From Gammaproteobacteria bacterium (GTDB lineage: Bacteria; Pseudomonadota; Gammaproteobacteria; JBCCGL01): a stretch of DNA of 64,000 bases. Positions 62,476 through 64,000 of this stretch are shown here, in pieces (positions within the stretch are counted from its first letter, which is position 1; every line of letters begins with the position of its first letter). The stretch spans positions 864,001 to 928,000 of the forward strand of contig OZ255836.1 of NCBI GenBank assembly GCA_965277715.1, in the 5' to 3' direction. The position numbers were made by a program, and so were the translations under genes. The notes below the pieces were generated by a model, which was given only the letters and a program-made list of their open reading frames with translations, ran no database searches and was not told the origin of the DNA.

Positions 62476-64000
62476 TTAACTGGCAACGGTATTAGCACTC
62501 GATGCCGCTGAACCATGCCTCAAATACAAGCCCTTATAACGAGGCTTTGGCCGATGCTCTTTTGTCGGCATAAACCGGGGTTTAAGCTGATAGAGCTGGA
62601 TTGGCCTACCCCGAAAGCAGGTAAACCCGATAGTGAAGACAAAGCGGATATCCACGCCTTGTTGCCCTCTTTTACACACTGCCTGCGATGATGGTCTGGC
62701 TGACGGGCGCTCACCGGAACCAGTAAAGAACCGTGGGCTTATCCATACCTTGGCCTCGCGCCGCGACGATACAAACACCGTTTCCCATGTGCTGCTGCCG
62801 TCGTCGGTCGCCCGTCGACATTGAACAGCGGTGGTAACTTTTGTGTCGATACCTGCGGGCAACATGCCAGACCAGTCAAAATACAAATAATGACTGTCTT
62901 CACGCACTTTATAGACCAGGGCGTTCTTTGGCTTGCCCTTAATCGGTTGTTGACTATTAAAAGCGGAGGCTATTTTTTCATCCAGAGCAGAGTGAATCGA
63001 GGTAAAAGTATCATGTCCCCCCGATTCCCCATAGGCATCGACCACTACGCCGTCGATCATAAGGTACAGTCGCTGCAGTAGCTTATCTGCCGCACCGGTC
63101 AAGGTCACCTGAAACAAGCCAAAAGGGTGGCGCGGATCACTCCCTGGCCTGCGAAAATAGACCGACTGCGCCTGGTTCCACATCGATTGTGCGCTAATCG
63201 GGCCAATATTATCGAAATCCGCGTATACCCTGACCCTGGAGGCCGCCTGGCTACCCGGTTTTGCAGTAATATAGTTAGACTTGACGGTGTGTAGAATTTG
63301 CCCCTGCTTTCGATCCAGGTTGTATTGGCATATCACTGTCCAGGCCTGATTTTGTGAGTTATTGATAAAATTGCCATCGGATATCTCTTTCAACTGATCG
63401 TAAATACCCTTATAGGTATAGGCGCTGAGCCATTGCGGATGGCGATACGTCATCAGGTCGAACCAGCGGTTGTGCGCAAGCACACGAGGTGATCTGCTGG
63501 CTGGTCTGCCCACATTGAGGCCAAGATGAGTATCGGCTTCCCCCGTATTGACCGATAGATGCCCGTACTTGCTGGTTAACGTTGAGGGGTTTGGGTCTGA
63601 CCGATGCTGACCAATAGCGGCACCGTGATCCTGCACCAGAGGAACCCCCGGGTGTTGCCGCCCGAGGATGTGCGCCAGTTCGTGGGCGCCAACCAGGCCG
63701 GTATCATCCACCGCCCCGACCGCGACGGCGTGAGTACTGGCAAACATAGGGGCATCCATCGCCACCCCGCCGAACCGATCTTCAGGGTCGACAAAAACAC
63801 CCAGGTAAAATGTGCGCGTATTCTCCCTGCCATTATCGCTATCGATCTCATCCGCCCGGTGCAGCAGTGTTTGCCTGAGTAGGTTAGCCATCATCCGGGT
63901 GGCGCGCTCTTCGTGCGGTACCTCCCATTGATCGACCCGGTTGAGTGCACGAAATGCCTGGTCGACCTGTACCGGTACTGTACTCCAACCGACCGTAGCG
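62476..64000 (-). CDS. Metzincin-type zinc metalloprotease; 5' end lies beyond the window
   Basis: AHELAHILGRQH (HExxHxxGxxH) and DLMTY Met-turn. Frame stays open from 63894 to the window edge. Confidence 0.8.
   Translation of the reverse strand, partial: ATVGWSTVPVQVDQAFRALNRVDQWEVPHEERATRMMANLLRQTLLHRADEIDSDNGRENTRTFYLGVFVDPEDRFGGVAMDAPMFASTHAVAVGAVDDTGLVGAHELAHILGRQHPGVPLVQDHGAAIGQHRSDPNPSTLTSKYGHLSVNTGEADTHLGLNVGRPASRSPRVLAHNRWFDLMTYRHPQWLSAYTYKGIYDQLKEISDGNFINNSQNQAWTVICQYNLDRKQGQILHTVKSNYITAKPGSQAASRVRVYADFDNIGPISAQSMWNQAQSVYFRRPGSDPRHPFGLFQVTLTGAADKLLQRLYLMIDGVVVDAYGESGGHDTFTSIHSALDEKIASAFNSQQPIKGKPKNALVYKVREDSHYLYFDWSGMLPAGIDTKVTTAVQCRRATDDGSSTWETVFVSSRREAKVWISPRFFTGSGERPSARPSSQAVCKRGQQGVDIRFVFTIGFTCFRGRPIQLYQLKPRFMPTKEHRPKPRYKGLYLRHGSAASSANTVAS

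Overview
A 64-kb chromosomal segment from a gammaproteobacterium, probably marine (inferred from gene content and order). Left part (1-16.6 kb): accessory catabolic genes (FAD oxidoreductase, hydantoinase/oxoprolinase A+B, LysR, GlxA-type AraC regulator, PhyH dioxygenase, acuI-like reductase, ABM monooxygenase, class-V PLP enzyme, sulfatase, EamA), then argE and a GAF-GGDEF-EAL protein. Middle part: ilvD, the rubrerythrin/Fe-S oxidoreductase/DUF3501/Fur(Irr-like) module with an ICE-like operator, map-glnD-dapE, ETF-QO, the gyrA-pheA-hisC-tyrA-aroA-cmk-rpsA-ihfB-lapB superoperon, a motY-like gene, an orphan dsrH/tusB, cysG, cobalamin-riboswitch-controlled cbtBA and a fused indolepyruvate oxidoreductase. 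Right part: a DUF1778/GNAT toxin-antitoxin pair and a probable serine-recombinase relic at tRNA-Asn, uvrB, and an uncharacterised module (secreted repeat/beta-barrel protein, DUF900 hydrolase, BTAD-TPR regulator, metzincin protease cut by the window edge). The main unexplained signal is at least four families (A-D, 11 copies or fragments) of short dispersed palindromic elements. They show compensatory stem changes, families A and C share a bulged CTACTGCG...CGCTACG motif, one copy is a microhomology deletion, one is a chimera, and several abut or supply stop codons. No cognate transposase, integrase or CRISPR array is visible. All alignments were done by eye; no database searches were run.
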